A stretch of 64,000 nt of DNA from Eledone cirrhosa (taxonomy: Eukaryota), in the NCBI GenBank assembly GCA_964016885.1, contig OZ024743.1, positions 274,846,001 through 274,910,000 on the forward strand, written 5' to 3'. The translations under genes and the position numbers were made by a program. The notes below the pieces were generated by a model. It saw only the letters and a program-made list of their open reading frames with translations. It had not been told where the DNA came from and did not search any database. Shown piece by piece: positions 37,858 to 51,869 of this stretch (position 1 is the stretch's first letter; every line of letters begins with the position of its first letter).

Positions 37858-39023
37858 TATTTAATACAATAACAGAGATAGTTTAAAGCTAAACTCCGAC
37901 TGGTAACCATCTCACCTAACAAACATTAGGTTATATGTTAGTATAAACTCAATTTAAGTGTTTGGGGTGCTAACTATATGTATTTTGTGGAAAGCCAGTT
38001 GTATTATTTTATGAGATATAATTAAAGTTAAAATATATCTCTCTTTCCAAACAATTGTTTAATTATAAGTTTTCTACAAATTGGGAGAATGTTTCCAGTT
38101 TATGTAGAAGCCTAACATATATTCATGTAAGAATATATTTAGGTGGGCACTTATAAATCTTCAGTGGAAGCCCATTCAACTTTGATATAAGAAAAAATTC
38201 TTACCGCAGTTAAAAATCGTGTCTGCTAAGCTGCTCCTTCACGCATCGAATGACCGCCAAATTTGAAATTCCAGCAGTCTTTTGACTGAGGAAGTATCAT
38301 AGCGTCACTAAGCAGGAAAGGAAGACAACCACGATTCACGAGAAAAGAAAATAATAAACACGTGGGTTAATTAGTTTTTTCAAAAACATTATCAATGCAA
38401 CGTGTTAAGAACTCAATTGAAATTAAAAAAATAAATGTATGCGTGTATTAATTACACACGCATATAGATATTTTCTTAGGCTAAAACCAGAAGTGATACC
38501 TAAATAACGTGCCGCATCTCATAACCGTAAATACGGAAAGTTACGCTTTTAAAGGCGATAGGGAATGTAAATCTCTGGCCAAATTAAGAGTAAAATATTT
38601 AATACACGCGGGTTAATTAGTTATTTCAAAACTAATATCAATTCGACGTGTTGAGAACTCAATTAATTTAAAAAAATAAATGTATGCATGTAATTATATA
38701 CACATGCATATATATATTTTCTTAGGCTAAAAACAGAGAAGTGACAACCAAAAAACCTCCATATCTCATAACAGTAATAAATACGGAAAGTCATGTTTAT
38801 AAGGTACCTGGAAATAAATACCTCTGGCCAAATCAAGAGTAAAATATTTAATACCATAACAGAGATAGCTTAAAGCTAAACTCCGACTGGTAACCATCTC
38901 ACTCAACAAACATTAGGTTATATGTTAGTATAAACCCAATTTAAGTGTTTGGGGTGATAACTATATGTATTTTGTGGAAAGCCAGTTGTATTATTTTATG
39001 AGATATAATTAAAGTTAAAATAT
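37858..39023 (-). mobile_element. Terminally redundant element of the 21.1-kb family, with an internal ~245-bp duplication
   Basis: 37858-38036 is repeated at 38845-39023; 38355-38600 is repeated at 38602-38850. HHR-like motif at 38046-38168 (-). Confidence 0.7.
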
Positions 39024-40324
39024 GTATGTATGTATATTATTATTGTTGTTGTCGTTATTATTGTTGTTATTATTATTATGTTTTTTTTATTTTTGTTTTT
39101 CTCGTGCAATGACCATACTCGATAACGAGGGGGCAGCCATCATGTGTGTGTTTATGTATTATATTCTGATTTTACTTTTGCAATTTCTCGCCAATAGAGA
39201 GAAAGCCAGTTTCCAACACGGAAACGAGACTTTTTCTTTGGAATTTAGACATCAAGTAATTGAATATGCAAATGTTCATCACGCAAAATTCTGTATAGGC
39301 ACTAGTCTATTTGCAATGCATTAGCGGTTGATTGAGTATTGCTGATAAAAGATTAACAAATCTTGAAACAGCGCTGTCAGGCAAACTCTCTGATATATGC
39401 AGAGAAAAATATTTTTTTCATCACAAAAAAATATTTTCTGATAGCGAGGCTCCCATATGTTTATTGTATTTGAACATATAGTATATATTTATATATGTTT
39501 GAATATACACCCTATTACGTTTAAACGCTATCTTAGTGTTATTACCAATTATTTACATGTAATATACATGTGTATGTGTGTGTTTTTGTTTGTGTGTGCG
39601 TGTGTGTGTGTGAGTGTGTGTTTGTGTTTGTGTTTGTGTGTATATGAGAGTGTTTGTGTTTGTGTCTGTGTGTGAATGTGTGTGTGTGCATGTGTGTGTT
39701 TGTGTCTGTATGTGCATGTGTGTGTACGTGTGTGAGTGTGTTTGTGTTTGTGTCTGTGTGTGCATGTGTGTGTGCGTGTGAGTGTGTTTGTGTTTTTGTC
39801 TGTGTGCATGTGTGTGTGTGTGAGTTTGCTTGTGTTTGTGTGTTTATGTTTGTGTTTGTGTTTGTGTCTGTGTGCATGTGTGTGTGTGAGTTTGTTTGTG
39901 TTTGTGTCTGTGTGTGCGTGTGTGTGTGTGTGCGTGTGTGTATGTGTGTGAGTGTGTTTGTGTCTGTGTATGTATGTGTGTGTTTGCATGTGTGTGTTTG
40001 CATGTGTATACGTGTGTGTGTATTCAACAGTTTTTAAAGTACTGTTTACAAGAGACTCTTCTTCAACCTTCCTCACCGTTTCTCCTCTGATCTCCAGTTT
40101 TTCTTCAGCCCCACCCCCTCCCAATGCTTCTATCTTTATTTTTATGTTTCCTTCATTTTCTCTTATAGTTTTTGTATTTTCGTTCCATTGTGATTCTCCC
40201 TGTCACCCCTCTCCCTGTCACCCCTCTCCTCTTTTCTCTATTTGTCTTTTTCTCAGTTCCACACGACTTCTTTCATTTCTCTTTCCTTAGTTTCATCTTC
40301 AACTTTTCTTTTCCCGTTCTATCT

Positions 40325-40373
<49 letters not shown>

Positions 40374-40425
40374 AATCTATGTATGTATATATATATATAT
40401 ACATATTCATATGTATGTATGTATG

Positions 40426-40481
<56 letters not shown>

Positions 40482-40489
40482 TATGTATG

Positions 40490-40526
<37 letters not shown>

Positions 40527-40533
40527 TCATATG

Positions 40534-40570
<37 letters not shown>

Positions 40571-40668
40571 TTTATTTTTTATGTAAATATCTTTGTATCT
40601 TTCTCTTTATTTATACATCATCAATTTCAAGGTATATTCTTTTTATCTACTTTTTCTCATACTCCACA

Positions 40669-40761
<93 letters not shown>

Positions 40762-41869
40762 CTCTCTATCTCTCTATCTCTCTCTCTCTCATTCTCTCTT
40801 AGTTGACTCATGAAGAATTTACCAATCTGCAGGAATGTATCTGTAAGATTCTGTATCGTTAAAGAAGCCAATCTGTAGAGGTGAGAATTATGATCTCTAT
40901 CTTTCAATTATATTGATTATTGGGTGTTGGACAAAGAGAAGGATAGGGATAAGAAAGTGTATGTTGATGGGGAGGAAGGGTGGAGAGGAGGGAAGAAAGA
41001 ATGGAGAGGTGGATGAGGCGGGTATGGTGGAGATGAGGGAGTAGATTAAGGAGAGGGCGGAAGAATGAGGAGGAAGAGAAGGGGTATGAGGAAGAAAAGA
41101 GTGTCAGGGTGAAAGAAGGGAGGGATGGGGAGGAGAAAGAGGAGAAATGAAGGGGGTTTATGAGAAGAGATGGAAAGCTGAAGATGAGAGGGGGTAGAAC
41201 AGGGTGAGGAGAAGGTGGGGTCGGGGGAGAGAAGGTGTGAGGGAAAGTAGTAGAGGTGTGGAGAGAGAGAGGAGGGCAGTTCCTTCCAGGCAGTTGGGAT
41301 CAATGGTGGTTTATGTTCAATGTGAAGGTATCTAGGTCGACACCTGTAGATGAACTTATTGCCCTACTGTTTGGAGTGGAGATAAATTCCTTCAGATTTT
41401 ACCTTTTTTTGTTTTGTTTTGTTTTTCTTTTTTGTGTTTTTTTGTTGGGAATTTTTTCTTTTTTATGGGAGGGTTTCTTTCGTTGTAAGACATATGACAG
41501 ACACGAGCCAATGATAGAGTCTCTATGTGGTCATATCGCCTGTTAGAAATAACAGAAGAAATATTACTCAAATGTCACCCATGGCTGTGAAAGTCCGATG
41601 AAATCGTAGTGACGCCGTTCTAATAAACGACGTATCTTGGACATTTTAAACCTTGCAAAGGTCATTTCTTCCAGGTCTGAAGACAGCCAGTTACTTTCAG
41701 AGAAGTGGGAGGAGAGAAGCACAAATGAAAAAAAGCAGAAAAGAGTTAAAGATGGGGGTGAAATTTACTGCTCAAACCTATTCAAGTTTAACTGGCCCCT
41801 TATTCCGATGCATCTCATAGGAGGTTGCTCGGTTGTTTTAATGATAGGATACTCAATCCGATAACGAAA

Positions 41870-41980
41870 AGCAACGTGAAATGAAGCGTCTTGTTCAAGA
41901 GCACATTACACTATCCGGTCAAGGAATCGAACCCACGATATTATGTTCATGAGTCAAAAACCCTAACCACTAGGACGGGC
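41870..41980 (-). mobile_element. CORE-type tRNA-SINE fragment
   Basis: Minus strand tagtggttaggg...ggttcgattcc...ctcttgaacaagacgcttcatttcacgttgct. Homologous to 47331-47475. Confidence 0.65.
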
Positions 41981-42203
41981 GTGAGCACAGCTCTTTAGAT
42001 GGTGGATAGAGAGGGAATGAGACAGGCAGCAATAGATATCCATACGTGGTTGACGGCTGAGTGAAAGGAGTACTTAATACCTAGGTAGAGTTTTAATATT
42101 CATTTTATTAACGCTAAATAGTGAGTCTTGTAACTCTGGAGTTTCGCCTGTATATCACCGAACCCTCTAAGAAATGGGAAAAGGTGAGTATTGTACGCCA
42201 ATA

Positions 42204-42324
<121 letters not shown>

Positions 42325-42734
42325 GGGCGGAAGAGAGTGTGTGTGTGAGAGAGATCTTTGACCGGTAGATGAAAAGGAATGAGTAATTTTGTAAGGGTGT
42401 ACAGAGAAATATATTAAGAGAGTTGAAGTTAAAGAGAATTGTGTGAGAATAAAAGAGAATGAAATAATGTTAATAGAAGGATCTAAAGAAAAGAACGGGG
42501 TGGGGGGATGAAAATTAAAAGAAAACGAAGAAAGTATTGGTGAGGGTGTATGTAAGAAAAGGGGAGCGAGTCATAAGAAAGTAAAGAGGAGAGAAAAGGA
42601 AACAAGGTGAGAAAAAAAAAACAAAAGAAAAAAAGAAATATATTGGAAAATAATATAAGAGAATGTAGGACATTCTGGTCGAAAAGTACATTAGGAAATG
42701 TTCGTATATAATGCTAGAAAGTGTAGTAAATAAT

Positions 42735-43592
42735 GGTTTCTTATATAGGCACAAGGCCAGCAATTATGGGGGAGGGGAAAGTCGATTAAATCGACCCCAG
42801 TACGTGACTGGTACTTTATTTCATTGACCTCGTAAGGATGAAAGGCAAAGCTAAACTCGGTGGGATTTGAACTCAGAACGTAAAGGGCCGTAACTCTATG
42901 CCGCAAAGCATGTTGTCCGATTCTCTACCGATACTACCAATCTACCACCCTAGTGTTAGTAAATAACGGTAGGAAATGTCAGTTGAAAATGTTATTTAAT
43001 AACGGTAGGAAACGTTGTAAAATAATGATTTCTAATTTAGGCACAAGATCAGCAATTTGGGGAGGAGTGTCGGTTATATCGATCCCAGTTCTTGACTGCT
43101 ACTTTATTTTATCGACCCCAGTTCTTGACTGCTACATTATTTTATCAACCCCAGTTCTTGACTGCTACATTATTTTATCAATCTCAGAAGAATGAAAGGT
43201 AAAGTTAATGGCGAGTTTTGAACTGAGAACATAAAGACTCGGAACAAATGCCACAAGTATTTTGTCCGATGCTCTAGAGGTTCTCCCAGTCCACCACCCT
43301 AATGTTAGATAATAATGATTGAAAATGTAGAAGATAGCGCTGAATTTTGGAATGAAATAGCGTTAGAAATTGATAGGAAATAACAATAAATAAATATTAA
43401 ATAATTGTTCCTACTTTTGGCACAAGGCCAGCAATTATCTCACTGCATTACTGGTACTTTATTTATCGACCCCGTAAGGATGAAAGGCAAAGTTAACCTC
43501 GGCGGGATTTGAACTCAGACCATAAAGGGCCGTAACTCTTTGCTGCAAAGCATGGCGTCCGACCCTCTACCGATACTGCCACTCCACCACCC
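42735..43592 (-). mobile_element. Three Meta-type tRNA-SINE copies (42735-42950, 43030-43300 with an internal 33-bp triplication, 43405-43592)
   Basis: Same motifs as 741-923. Confidence 0.8.
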
Positions 43593-43599
43593 TAATAAA

Positions 43600-46140
43600 T
43601 ATTAAATAATATTAGAAAAATGTTTGTAAATAAACGTTAGAAGTTGGTTGCAAATAATTATAAAAATATTATCAGATAAAGATATAAAATGTTAGAAAAT
43701 AACTTTTTTTAAATTGTTCGCAAACAGGGTGAGAAATGTGTCGGAAATAATGTATGAAATTTTTAGATATAATTCTTAAAAAAAAGTTTTTAAAATGCTA
43801 GAAATTAGCGTTAAAAAGCGTGAAAGATAAAATTTCAGAAAGTTGGAAAATAACGATAAGAAATAACGTTATAAAATGTTAGATATCATTTTAAAATGTC
43901 AGAAAAATGTTAGAAAAATGTTAGAAAGCATTAGTAAATAACATTACAAAGTGTTGGTAAATAACGGTAGAAATCATTAGTAGATAAAACCAGGATTGTA
44001 GATCAAATAATATGAGAAACGTTTCTGGAATAACGTTTTAAAATGTTAGCAGATAGAGTATGGGGGGGGGGTGTTAGGAAGTATTTTAAAATAACCATAG
44101 AATAATATAAATGATAATATAAATAAACCTATAAATATTAGAAAATGGTGAGAAAAATTAGAAAACGTAAAATAACGTTAGAAAATTTAATTAATAACGT
44201 TAGAAAATGTGGTAAAATAACGTTAGAAAACGTTATAAGATAACGTTTGAAATGTTATAAAATGTTATTTAAAACGTTAGAAAACGTTGGAAAATAACGT
44301 TATAAAATATGGTAAAATAACGTTAGAAAATATTATAAAATAACGTTAGAAAATGTGGTAAAATAGCGTTAGAAAATATTATAAAATAACGTTAGAAAAT
44401 GTGGTAAAATAACGTTAGAAAATGTTATAAAATGACGTTAGAAAATATAAATTTACGTTATAAAATGTTATAAAATAACATTATAAAATGTTATAAAATA
44501 ACGTGAGAAAACGTTAGAAAATAACGTTATAAAATGTTATAAAATAACGTTAGAAAATGTTATAAAATAATGTTAGAAATCGTCAGAAAATAACGTTAGA
44601 ATATGTTATAAAATAACGTTAGAAAATGTTATAAAATGACGTTAGAAAATATAAATTTACTTTATAAAATGTTATAAAATAACATTATAAAATGTTATAA
44701 AATAACGTGAGAAAACGTTAGAAAATAACGTTAGAAAATGTTATAAAATAACGTTAGAAAATGTTATAAATGACGTTAGAAAATATAAATTTACGTTATA
44801 AAATGTTATAAAATAACATTATAAAATGTTATAAAATAACGTGAGAAAACGTTAGAAAATAACGTTAGAAAATGTTATAAAATAACGTTAGAAAATGTTA
44901 TAAAATGACGTTAGAAAATATAAATTTACGTTATAAAATGTTATAAAATAACATTATAAAATGTTATAAAATAACGTGAGAAAACGTTAGAAAATAACGT
45001 TATAAAATGTTATAAAATAACGTTAGAAAATGTTATAAAATAATGTTAGAAATCGTCAGAAAATAACGTTAGAAAATGTTATAAAATAACTGTTTCTACT
45101 TTTAGCACTAGGCCAGCAATTATCCCAGTACGTTACTGGTACTTTATTTTATCGACCCCGTAAGGATGAAAGGCAAAGTTAATCTTGGCTGGATTTGAAC
45201 CCAGAACGTAAAGGGACGTAACTATATGCTGTAAAGCATGTTATAAAATAACTGTTTCTATGTTAGGCACAAGGCCAGCAATTACCCAGTGCATTACTGG
45301 TACTTTATTTTATCGACCCCGTAAGGATGAAAGACAAAGTTAACCTTGGCGGGATTTGAACTCAGAATGGCAAGGGCCGTAACTCTATGCGTCAAAGCAT
45401 GGCGTCCAACCCTCTACCGATACAGCCAATCCACCGCCTGTTATAAAATAACGTTAGAAAACATAAAATAATGTTAGAAAATGTCAGATATTATAAAATA
45501 ACATTAGAAAACGTTATAAAATGTTATAAAATAATGTTATAAAATGTTATAAAATGTTATAAAATAACGTTAGAAAACGTTATAAAATAGTTGTTTCTAC
45601 TTGTTGGCAAGGATGAAAGGCAAAGTTAACCTCGGCGGGATTTGAACTCAGACCGTAAAGGGACGTAACTATGCTAGAAAGCATGGCATCCAACCCTCTA
45701 CCGATACTGCCAATTCACATAAAATAATGTTATAAAATAATGTTATAAAATGTTATAAAATGTTATAAAATAACGTTAGAAAACGTTAGAAAATGTTATA
45801 AAATAACTTTAGAATACATTAGAAAATGACGTTAGAAAATGTTATAAAATAATTGTTTCTACTTTTGGCACAAGGCCAGCAATCAACCAGTGCATTACTG
45901 GTACTTTATAACGTTATAAAATGCTAGAAAACGTTATAGAATAACTTTAGAAAACGTTAGAAAATAACGTTAGAAAATGTTATAAAATAACGTTAGAGAA
46001 TGTTAGAAAATAATGTTAGAAAATGTTATAAAATAACATTAGAAAGTGTTATAAAATAACGTTAGAGAATGTTAGAAAATAATGTTAGAAAATGTTATAA
46101 AATAACGTTGCCATAAAATAACGTTAGAAAAATAACACGA
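43600..46140. repeat. AT-rich satellite of 11-13-bp subunits (aaaataacgttag / aaaatgttata) with higher-order blocks, interrupted by four SINE copies or fragments
   Basis: Periodicity is visible. A longer block starting aatgacgttagaaaatataaatttac recurs at ~44431, 44634, 44769 and 44904. SINE pieces at 45091, 45253, 45591 and 45852. Confidence 0.9.
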
Positions 46141-46234
46141 GGAAATGTTAGCAGATAAGGTACATGAATGAATAAATGAACATATGTATAAAATAAATGC
46201 ATAAATAAATGAAGATAAAGAAGGAAGGAAGTAA

Positions 46235-46293
<59 letters not shown>

Positions 46294-46657
46294 GTAAGTA
46301 AATAAATAGATGAGTGACTGAAAGAAGCAGAAAAAGAAAGAAGGTAATAAATAAATAATGGCAAATGAAAGCGAAATAGAGATGAGAGAGGCTTGGATGT
46401 TGAAGAGGCATAGATTCGTTATTAAGTCTACCCCAATGAGATTAAATCTTCGCAAGTTTTTGATCTCAGTAGGAATATAGCTGACAGCGATTTGGTGGAG
46501 TGTTGTGTATGTGTATGTACATATATGCGTATGTATGATTTGTGTTTATATGTGTGTATGTTGCGTTTATACTGTATGTGTGTTGTGTATTGTGTCAATA
46601 TTGTGTAAGTGCTAAATGTATTACATTATGTTTTTATTATATACTTATTTTGTGGTG

Positions 46658-46694
<37 letters not shown>

Positions 46695-46761
46695 GTGTGT
46701 GTGTGTGATGTGCTTGCGTAGTTTGTGGATTGTATGAGTTTGTATGTGTTGAGTAAGCGAT

Positions 46762-46960
46762 GTGTATGGCGTGTGTATGACGTGTGTATGACGTGTGTAT
46801 GGCGTGTGTATGACGTGTGTATGACGTGTGTATGACGTGTGTATGGCGTGTGTATGGTGTGTGTATGACGTGTGTATGGTGTGTGTATGATGTGTGTATG
46901 ACGTGTGTATGGCGTGTGTATGACGTGTGTATGGCGTGTGTATGACGTGTGTATGGTGTG
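46762..46960. repeat. 11-bp minisatellite (gtgtgtatgac/ggc)n
   Basis: Direct periodicity. Confidence 0.9.
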
Positions 46961-47330
46961 TGTCTTGAGTATTTAGATATTATATAGTGTAGGGACAATG
47001 TGTGCTTGTGTGTATTGTATGTTGTATTATGTTTTGTGTATGGTGTGTTGCATGTATGTGTTGCACGGATAGGCTTTGTGTGTGTATGTTGTATAAAATG
47101 TGTGTGTTGTGTAAAGTATATGTGTTGTATGTGTCTTCAATGTTGTGTATGTTTGATAAGATGTGTGTGTATGCTTGTCAATGTGTGTTGAGTAGACGTT
47201 GTGTGAGCGGCATTTATTCATCGAGTTTGTCTTGTATGTTATACGATGTGAGTTTGTGTGTGTGTCTTACGAACGTTGAGCGGATTGTATATAGTGAATA
47301 TTTCACTGTGTAGCGTGCATATACATGGAT

Positions 47331-47475
47331 GTGAAGGCGCATGGCTTAGTGTTAGAGCATTGGGCTTGGAATCGAAAGGTTGTGAGTTCAATTCTCGGAC
47401 CGGGTGATGTGTTGTTTCCTTGAGCAAAATACTTTATTTCACGTTGCTCCAGTTTACTCAGCTGTAGAAATGAGA
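47331..47475 (+). mobile_element. CORE-type tRNA-SINE
   Basis: A-box tggcttagtg, B-box gagttcaattc, CORE-like gtttccttgagcaaaatactttatttcacgttgctccag. Confidence 0.75.
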
Positions 47476-47768
47476 TGATAGGGACTGGGGTCCCTATCAT
47501 TAAATTACCCAAGAGACTTCCAACGAGATATACCTTGGAGGAGGCCAGCTAAACCTGCAAAGGTGGGAGCTGTCACACACACACACACATATATACATGG
47601 ATGCATGTGTATAAAAGTGTCTGTGAAGTGGGCAAGCAATGTAGCAGCATACTACATCATCCGTCTCTCGGTCAAAAGCATAGCACACACTTCTTCCTCT
47701 TTGTTTTTCTTTGCTTGTTTCCTTAAAGCTTACCATCATTCCGTTGGTATACATCTATTACGCAATTT

Positions 47769-47826
47769 ACACCTGATGAGGTCACCGGGTTCTTACGCAA
47801 CCTGGCCACTGAAATGTGCATAGTGT
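47769..47826 (+). ncRNA. Type I hammerhead ribozyme motif
   Basis: acac CTGATGA ggtcaccgggtt cttacgc aacctggccact GAAA tgtgca TA gtgt. Followed by aataaa, a short tail and (TA)n. Confidence 0.7.
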
Positions 47827-47878
47827 TTAGAGTAATAAAAAATAAGGAAATTCAACATATTTGGCCTCCTGTCATTTC

Positions 47879-47978
<100 letters not shown>

Positions 47979-48222
47979 TTATATATATATATATATATAT
48001 GTGTGTGAGTGTGTGTGTGTGTGTATGGATGCATGCGTATGAACGTCCGTGTTTAGTTTCTGAAGATAAATGGAGTAGTGGTGCCGAAGTTTCAACTTTC
48101 TTGCTTCATCTTCATATTTTCTCTCCAGAGAATAAAATTTGCACTTTGCGTACACGTATTGAATGCTCATACAGTTAATGTTTGAATATTTTGAGTACAA
48201 TAGTATTTTAAACATACACACA

Positions 48223-48350
<128 letters not shown>

Positions 48351-48379
48351 GTATATATATATATATATATATATTTATA

Positions 48380-48436
<57 letters not shown>

Positions 48437-48437
<1 letters not shown>

Positions 48438-50102
48438 GGGGTGAGTTCTATTGTACCACAATAAAGCAATGCAAATATCGGAAAAGTAGCACTCAACAGT
48501 TTATAGAACTGGAGGTTAAATAATATAAAATCAAAAGATGGTTAATAATACTGGGTCACTTGCTAATAACTCTGGTAATTACTCTAATCGTATTTGCAAT
48601 TGCCCTATTAGAACTAAGTGTCCTCTTAGTAACCAATGTCTTGATAAAAATGTAGTGTATGAATGTAAGGTTATAACTGGTACTAATTCTTTTACCTACT
48701 TTGGTTCCACTTCTACTTCCTTTAAGGCAAGATTTTATAATCACAATTCTTCTTTTGATACCCACTTAAAACAACTAACACAGCACTGTTAGAATTCATA
48801 TGGTCCTTAAAGGACAAAAATATTAACTCCAACATTTCTTGGAGAAAGGTTTGCAATGCCTCTCCTCACCTTAATTCTTCCTTATACAGAACATGTAATC
48901 TCTGCCTAGCGGAGAAATTTACCATTATCTCTAATTTTAATTCTATAATAAATAGACGTACGGATTTATTTTCGCTCTGCTTCCATAAATCCCATAGAAC
49001 TTTCCATAAAGTATGCAGCTAATATCTTACTACCTAATTAGTTTAAAATCTTTTTCTCAGACACTTTTATATTTTTTACAAATATACCCATCTTTCTACC
49101 TTATTTCAGTATATTATACAATATTACTCATACTATGTCGTTAGCGGTCCCCTAATTTTTCTTCTTTTTTTAATTTATAATCTTTAATGTGCAACTTTTA
49201 CTTCCCAGTTACTTCTTAATTCATCTTATTACTCACTATAGCATTTTCCTTATATTCTCGGCCATACAAATTTTTATTTTTAATATATACTAATATTACC
49301 ATTAGAGAAATTTTGTAAACATATTTTTTTGACGTTATATATTTTTTCTTCCTTGAATTTTTTCTTTCTTCTCTCTTTCCATGCTCGTATTAACTCTATT
49401 ATTTACTTTGTCCTATTACAATATATAGAAACAAACTCGGACCCTAATTAATTCCTCTAAGTTCATAATTCATTTAACCTTATCTTCATTCACCTTATCT
49501 TCTTAATTTATTTTATTTTAATAATACATTTTAATAAAGTCCTTTTCGCACATCTTATTAAACCCTTCAATATATAAACCTTAAATAAATAGTATTCTTA
49601 ATTCCTTTTTCTTTAATCATAAGCATCACCATTCATAAACCTCATTAACTTTTAATTTCTTAATTTTTTTAAATCATGTATTATCTTCCAACGGTTTTTT
49701 TTCTCTGTGAGACAGTGTTTCTCAGTATTAAAGGTTATCTCTCTCTCTCTCTCTCTCTCTCACTCATTTTCTCCTCCTCTCTCATCCTTCCTTCTTATAC
49801 TCCTCCTCCGTCATCCTTTCCTTATTTTTTTTTTTTTCTTCTATCTATATTTTTTCTTCCTCTTCCTTACCTTTTCTTTCCCCGTTCCTTTCCTTTTTTC
49901 CAATCTCATATATCCCTCTAATTTTATTTTTCATATGTTGATTTGACACTTCACTGCTCGCAAGTGTTTTTTAAGCTTCATATCATATCTCCCTATTTTA
50001 TCTGATGAGAACGCAAATATCATCCTATGGTGATATTTGTTTTTGAAATGCGCATAATAAAATACATGGAACTCTTTTAACCATCTTTTGATTTTATATT
50101 TT
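48437..50102 (+). mobile_element. 5'-truncated PLE (GIY-YIG end + long 3'UTR + HHR) with an inverted terminal piece
   Basis: CNCPIRTKCPLSNQCLDKNVVYECKV...TYFGSTSTSFKARFYNH; after a frameshift FIWSLK...CNLCLAEK...NRRTDLFSLCFH. 48521-48544 is the reverse complement of 50077-50100. Confidence 0.85.
49994..50064 (+). ncRNA. Type I hammerhead ribozyme in the PLE 3' repeat
   Basis: tattttat CTGATGA gaacgcaaatatca tcctatgg tgatatttgttttt GAAA tgcgca TA ataaaata. 8-bp stem I; palindromic stem III atgcgcat. Confidence 0.78.
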
Positions 50103-50133
50103 ATATATATATTAGGGCACATATATAATATAC

Positions 50134-50223
<90 letters not shown>

Positions 50224-50809
50224 GTATATTATATATGTGTGTGTCCAGAATTAGGTTAGTATGGGGCCTGTAGCACATATCTTAACGGGGCCCTAAATTC
50301 CTTTAAAATCTGACATAAAGGTTAAAGGCAGTATAGTACTCTACAATAAAGCACTTAGCGTGGTGTTCCTGAAAATGCGGGTCCCGTTGCAAATGCTACT
50401 CATGCTACTAGGTTAATCCGGCTTGGATGTATGCATGTGTGTGAGTGTGTTTGTGTATGTGAGTGTGATTAAGAACATTATATGCGTTGTGAGAATGTTG
50501 TGGGTGCATTCTACGTTCTGCGTGTTGTATTTTTCGTAATATAGGCACACACACACACACACTCACATATATGTGTGTGTGTGTACATATGCATATGATT
50601 ATGCATGAATGTAGGCATGTGTGTATGTATGCATGTATGTACACATGTATATAAATAATTGTTTCTACTTTTGGTACAAGTCCAGCATTTACCCCAGTGT
50701 ATTACTGGTACTTTATTTTATCGACCCCGTAAGGATGAAAGGCAAAGTTAACCTCGGCGGGATAATATTTATATGTGTATATACACATATATATATGTGT
50801 GTGTGCATG

Positions 50810-50850
<41 letters not shown>

Positions 50851-51118
50851 CGAAGGAATTGTGGTAAGGAACGGGGATGGACCATAATGCACAAAAGTAC
50901 TCAATACTTAGTGTAGTAGAGTGGGTAATAAGAACAAGTATGACCCCGACGGCAGAGCTCAAGCCGTTTCGACGGCTATTTCTGCCGTCGGGGTCATACT
51001 TGCTCATATATATATATAATAGAATAATCGAGTATCGGAAAAACACCTCACGAATTAACGATAAACAATATCCGATATGAGTGGCAGAGGGCTCAATAAT
51101 TTGGATAAATCAGAGCTA

Positions 51119-51610
51119 TATATATATAAATGACAATTTCTGTCTGTTTGTGTGTGTGTTTGTTTGTGAACCTAAAACTCAAAAACTACCAAACCGATCT
51201 TGATGAAACTTGACACGTGTGTGGGGCTCATGCCCATTTGATTTCTTGCGTATATTTCATTTTAATCAAAGGCTCAAACCCCCCGCTGAAAATTTTTTCC
51301 CTTCGATTTATATGAAATTTAAACCATAGGTAAATGACAAGATATGATGCCTATTCACAAAAGTTTTGAATTGATATTTTGAAAATAATTATTTACAAGA
51401 AAAAAAATAAGAATAAGATTTAATAATGTAATTTTGATTTGATATATTACAAAAAATAATGTTTTCCAATTTTTCATGCATTACATTTTACATTGAGTAA
51501 TAGTGAAATGCAGAGTTTTCTCCATAAATTATATCACTGATTTAAAATCAATCATCATTTTCTTACAAAAAAATGTGTGAAACGCAGCAAGGCGCGGGTA
51601 ATTCGGCTAG
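51119..51610 (+). mobile_element. Non-autonomous Helitron-type element
   Basis: Starts tatatataaatgacaatttctgtctgtttgtgtg and ends gcaaggcgcgggtaattcggCTAG|t. Same family as 5631-6139. Confidence 0.75.
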
Positions 51611-51813
51611 TATATATATTTAGTTCTATCGTTACTTTGGTATAGTAATGTGTGTTAGATTTGCCTACCACAATGTTCGATTTGTCAAGCTATTTAAACG
51701 TATGTTATTACTCCAAGGACCTAACTTATCGAGTGCTTTGCTAACTCATCATTTCATATAAGTAGGCCGAATTTACTTGCAAACCGCCAGAGATTCGATT
51801 TTACTAAATTTCC

Positions 51814-51869
<56 letters not shown>

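Noticed and set aside
47331-47405. tRNA gene (also 52381-52458 and the SINE heads)
   Set aside because: A/B boxes are present, but the acceptor and anticodon stems do not close, and most heads run into SINE bodies.
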